DNA of 64,000 nt from Candidatus Harrisonbacteria bacterium (GTDB taxonomy: Bacteria; Patescibacteriota; Minisyncoccia; UBA6257; UBA11618): the NCBI GenBank assembly GCA_023244855.1, contig JAHFLO010000002.1, positions 8,017-72,016 of the forward strand, read 5' to 3'. Within the stretch, counting starts at the first letter, position 1; every line of letters starts with the position of its first letter. The notes beneath the pieces are model-generated. The model did not search any database. It saw only the letters and a program-made list of their open reading frames with translations, and was not told where the DNA came from. The translations under genes and the position numbers were made by a program. Below are positions 62,699 to 64,000 of the stretch, piece by piece.

Positions 62699-64000
62699 AT
62701 GAAATCGTTCTACCGTTTTACTATAAAAGCCCAAGAAGCCTTGCAGGCAGCACAAGATTTAGCCGCTCACCACAACCACGGCGAGTTTAAGGCTATTCAC
62801 CTATTATCCACCCTCCTTACGGACGAGCAATCCCTCGTGCGCCCCGTGCTTATGAAGGCGGGTGTGGAGCTCGAGTCGCTTAATGCCGAACTCGACCGTG
62901 CGCTTGCGAAGGTACCTAAGATTTTTTCCGCCGCGCCCGTTAACCAGCTTTATTTGTCGCCGGAGGTTATGCAGGTAATCGACCGCGCAGGTAAAATCGC
63001 CTTATCTCAGCGCGACGAGTTTATTTCGTGCGAGCACCTGCTTTTAGGCCTTATGGATACCAAGTCCGGTGCGCAGGACTTACTCGACCAGTTTGGGGCG
63101 AAGCGCGAAACAATGCTTCGTTCGCTTGCTCAATTACGCGGCAGTGCGCGCGTGGTAGACGAAACGCCCGAAACCAAGTTTCAGGTGCTCGAGAAGTATG
63201 CCGTTAACCTCACGGAGCGCGCCCGCGACGGCAAGCTTGACCCCGTTATCGGCCGCGATGAAGAACTGCGCCGCTTAATGCAGGTGCTTTCGCGCCGCAC
63301 GAAGAATAATCCGGTACTCATCGGCGAGCCGGGTGTTGGCAAGACTGCTATCATCGAAGGGCTTGCTCAGCGTATAGTAAGCGGCGATGTACCCGAGCCG
63401 TTAAAAGGCAAAGAAATCATCATGCTCGATTTAGGTTCTTTAATAGCCGGTACGAAGTTCCGTGGTGAATTTGAAGACCGCTTAAAGACATTCGTTAAGG
63501 AGATTCAGAACTCCGCCGGCCGCTTAATATTATTCATAGACGAAATACACATGATCGTGGGCGCCGGGTCCGCCGAAGGCGCTATAGACGCGTCGAATCT
63601 CTTAAAACCTGCCCTCGCGCGCGGGGAATTGCACGCCATCGGCGCGACAACACTCCGCGAATACCAGAAGCATATCGAAAAGGATGCCGCTCTCGAGCGC
63701 CGTTTCCAGCCCATTGTTGTTGAAGAGCCTAGCCAAGAAAACGCCATGGCGATTTTGCGCGGATTAAAGGAAAAATATGAACTGCACCATGGACTCCGCA
63801 TTAGCGAAGAGGCGATAGTTGCGGCCGTGCAGCTTTCCGCGCGTTATATTCCCGACCGCTTCTTGCCTGACAAGGCGGTGGACTTAATAGACGAGGCGGC
63901 AGCAGCGCGCAGGCTTGAAACTGAAAGCATGCCGAAGGATATTGACGACGCCCGTCGCGAAATAACTCGTTTGGAAATCGAACGGCAGGCGCTCCTTAGT
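62699..64000 (+). CDS. clpB: ClpB/ClpC-type AAA+ chaperone, 5' part (runs off the window)
   Basis: Manual translation: [58 protein letters not shown]. Confidence 0.9.
   Translation, partial: MKSFYRFTIKAQEALQAAQDLAAHHNHGEFKAIHLLSTLLTDEQSLVRPVLMKAGVELESLNAELDRALAKVPKIFSAAPVNQLYLSPEVMQVIDRAGKIALSQRDEFISCEHLLLGLMDTKSGAQDLLDQFGAKRETMLRSLAQLRGSARVVDETPETKFQVLEKYAVNLTERARDGKLDPVIGRDEELRRLMQVLSRRTKNNPVLIGEPGVGKTAIIEGLAQRIVSGDVPEPLKGKEIIMLDLGSLIAGTKFRGEFEDRLKTFVKEIQNSAGRLILFIDEIHMIVGAGSAEGAIDASNLLKPALARGELHAIGATTLREYQKHIEKDAALERRFQPIVVEEPSQENAMAILRGLKEKYELHHGLRISEEAIVAAVQLSARYIPDRFLPDKAVDLIDEAAAARRLETESMPKDIDDARREITRLEIERQALLS

Overview
Origin-proximal chromosomal window of a small-genome bacterium. 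Gene content (CPR-type PrgI/VirB4/pilin cluster, truncated Jag and MurE, stand-alone 5'-3' exonuclease, many orphan membrane ORFs) points to Patescibacteria/CPR, probably Parcubacteria (inference). It holds a T4SS-like operon, jag-yidC-rnpA-rpmH/dnaA-oriC-dnaN, ruvA/B/C, infC-rpmI-rplT, smpB-tmRNA, ileS, trpS, rnj, rny, HU, an ECF sigma locus, six tRNAs, glyA-folD, ftsK-rodZ-recA and a partial clpB. No transposase, integrase, prophage or CRISPR array was seen. The most unusual observation is that the tmRNA 5' end lies 41 nt inside the smpB coding sequence, so tmRNA maturation should turn smpB mRNA into a non-stop mRNA, a possible trans-translation feedback loop. Other highlights: an unannotated ~190-nt structured RNA with its own promoter (16.04-16.23 kb); pervasive leaderless promoter architecture, including an AUU-start infC; a separately transcribed 61-aa polyacidic protein; a dispersed covarying palindromic element; and two apparent pseudoenzymes (iPGM-like and trypsin-like). 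All calls are by eye; no searches were run.
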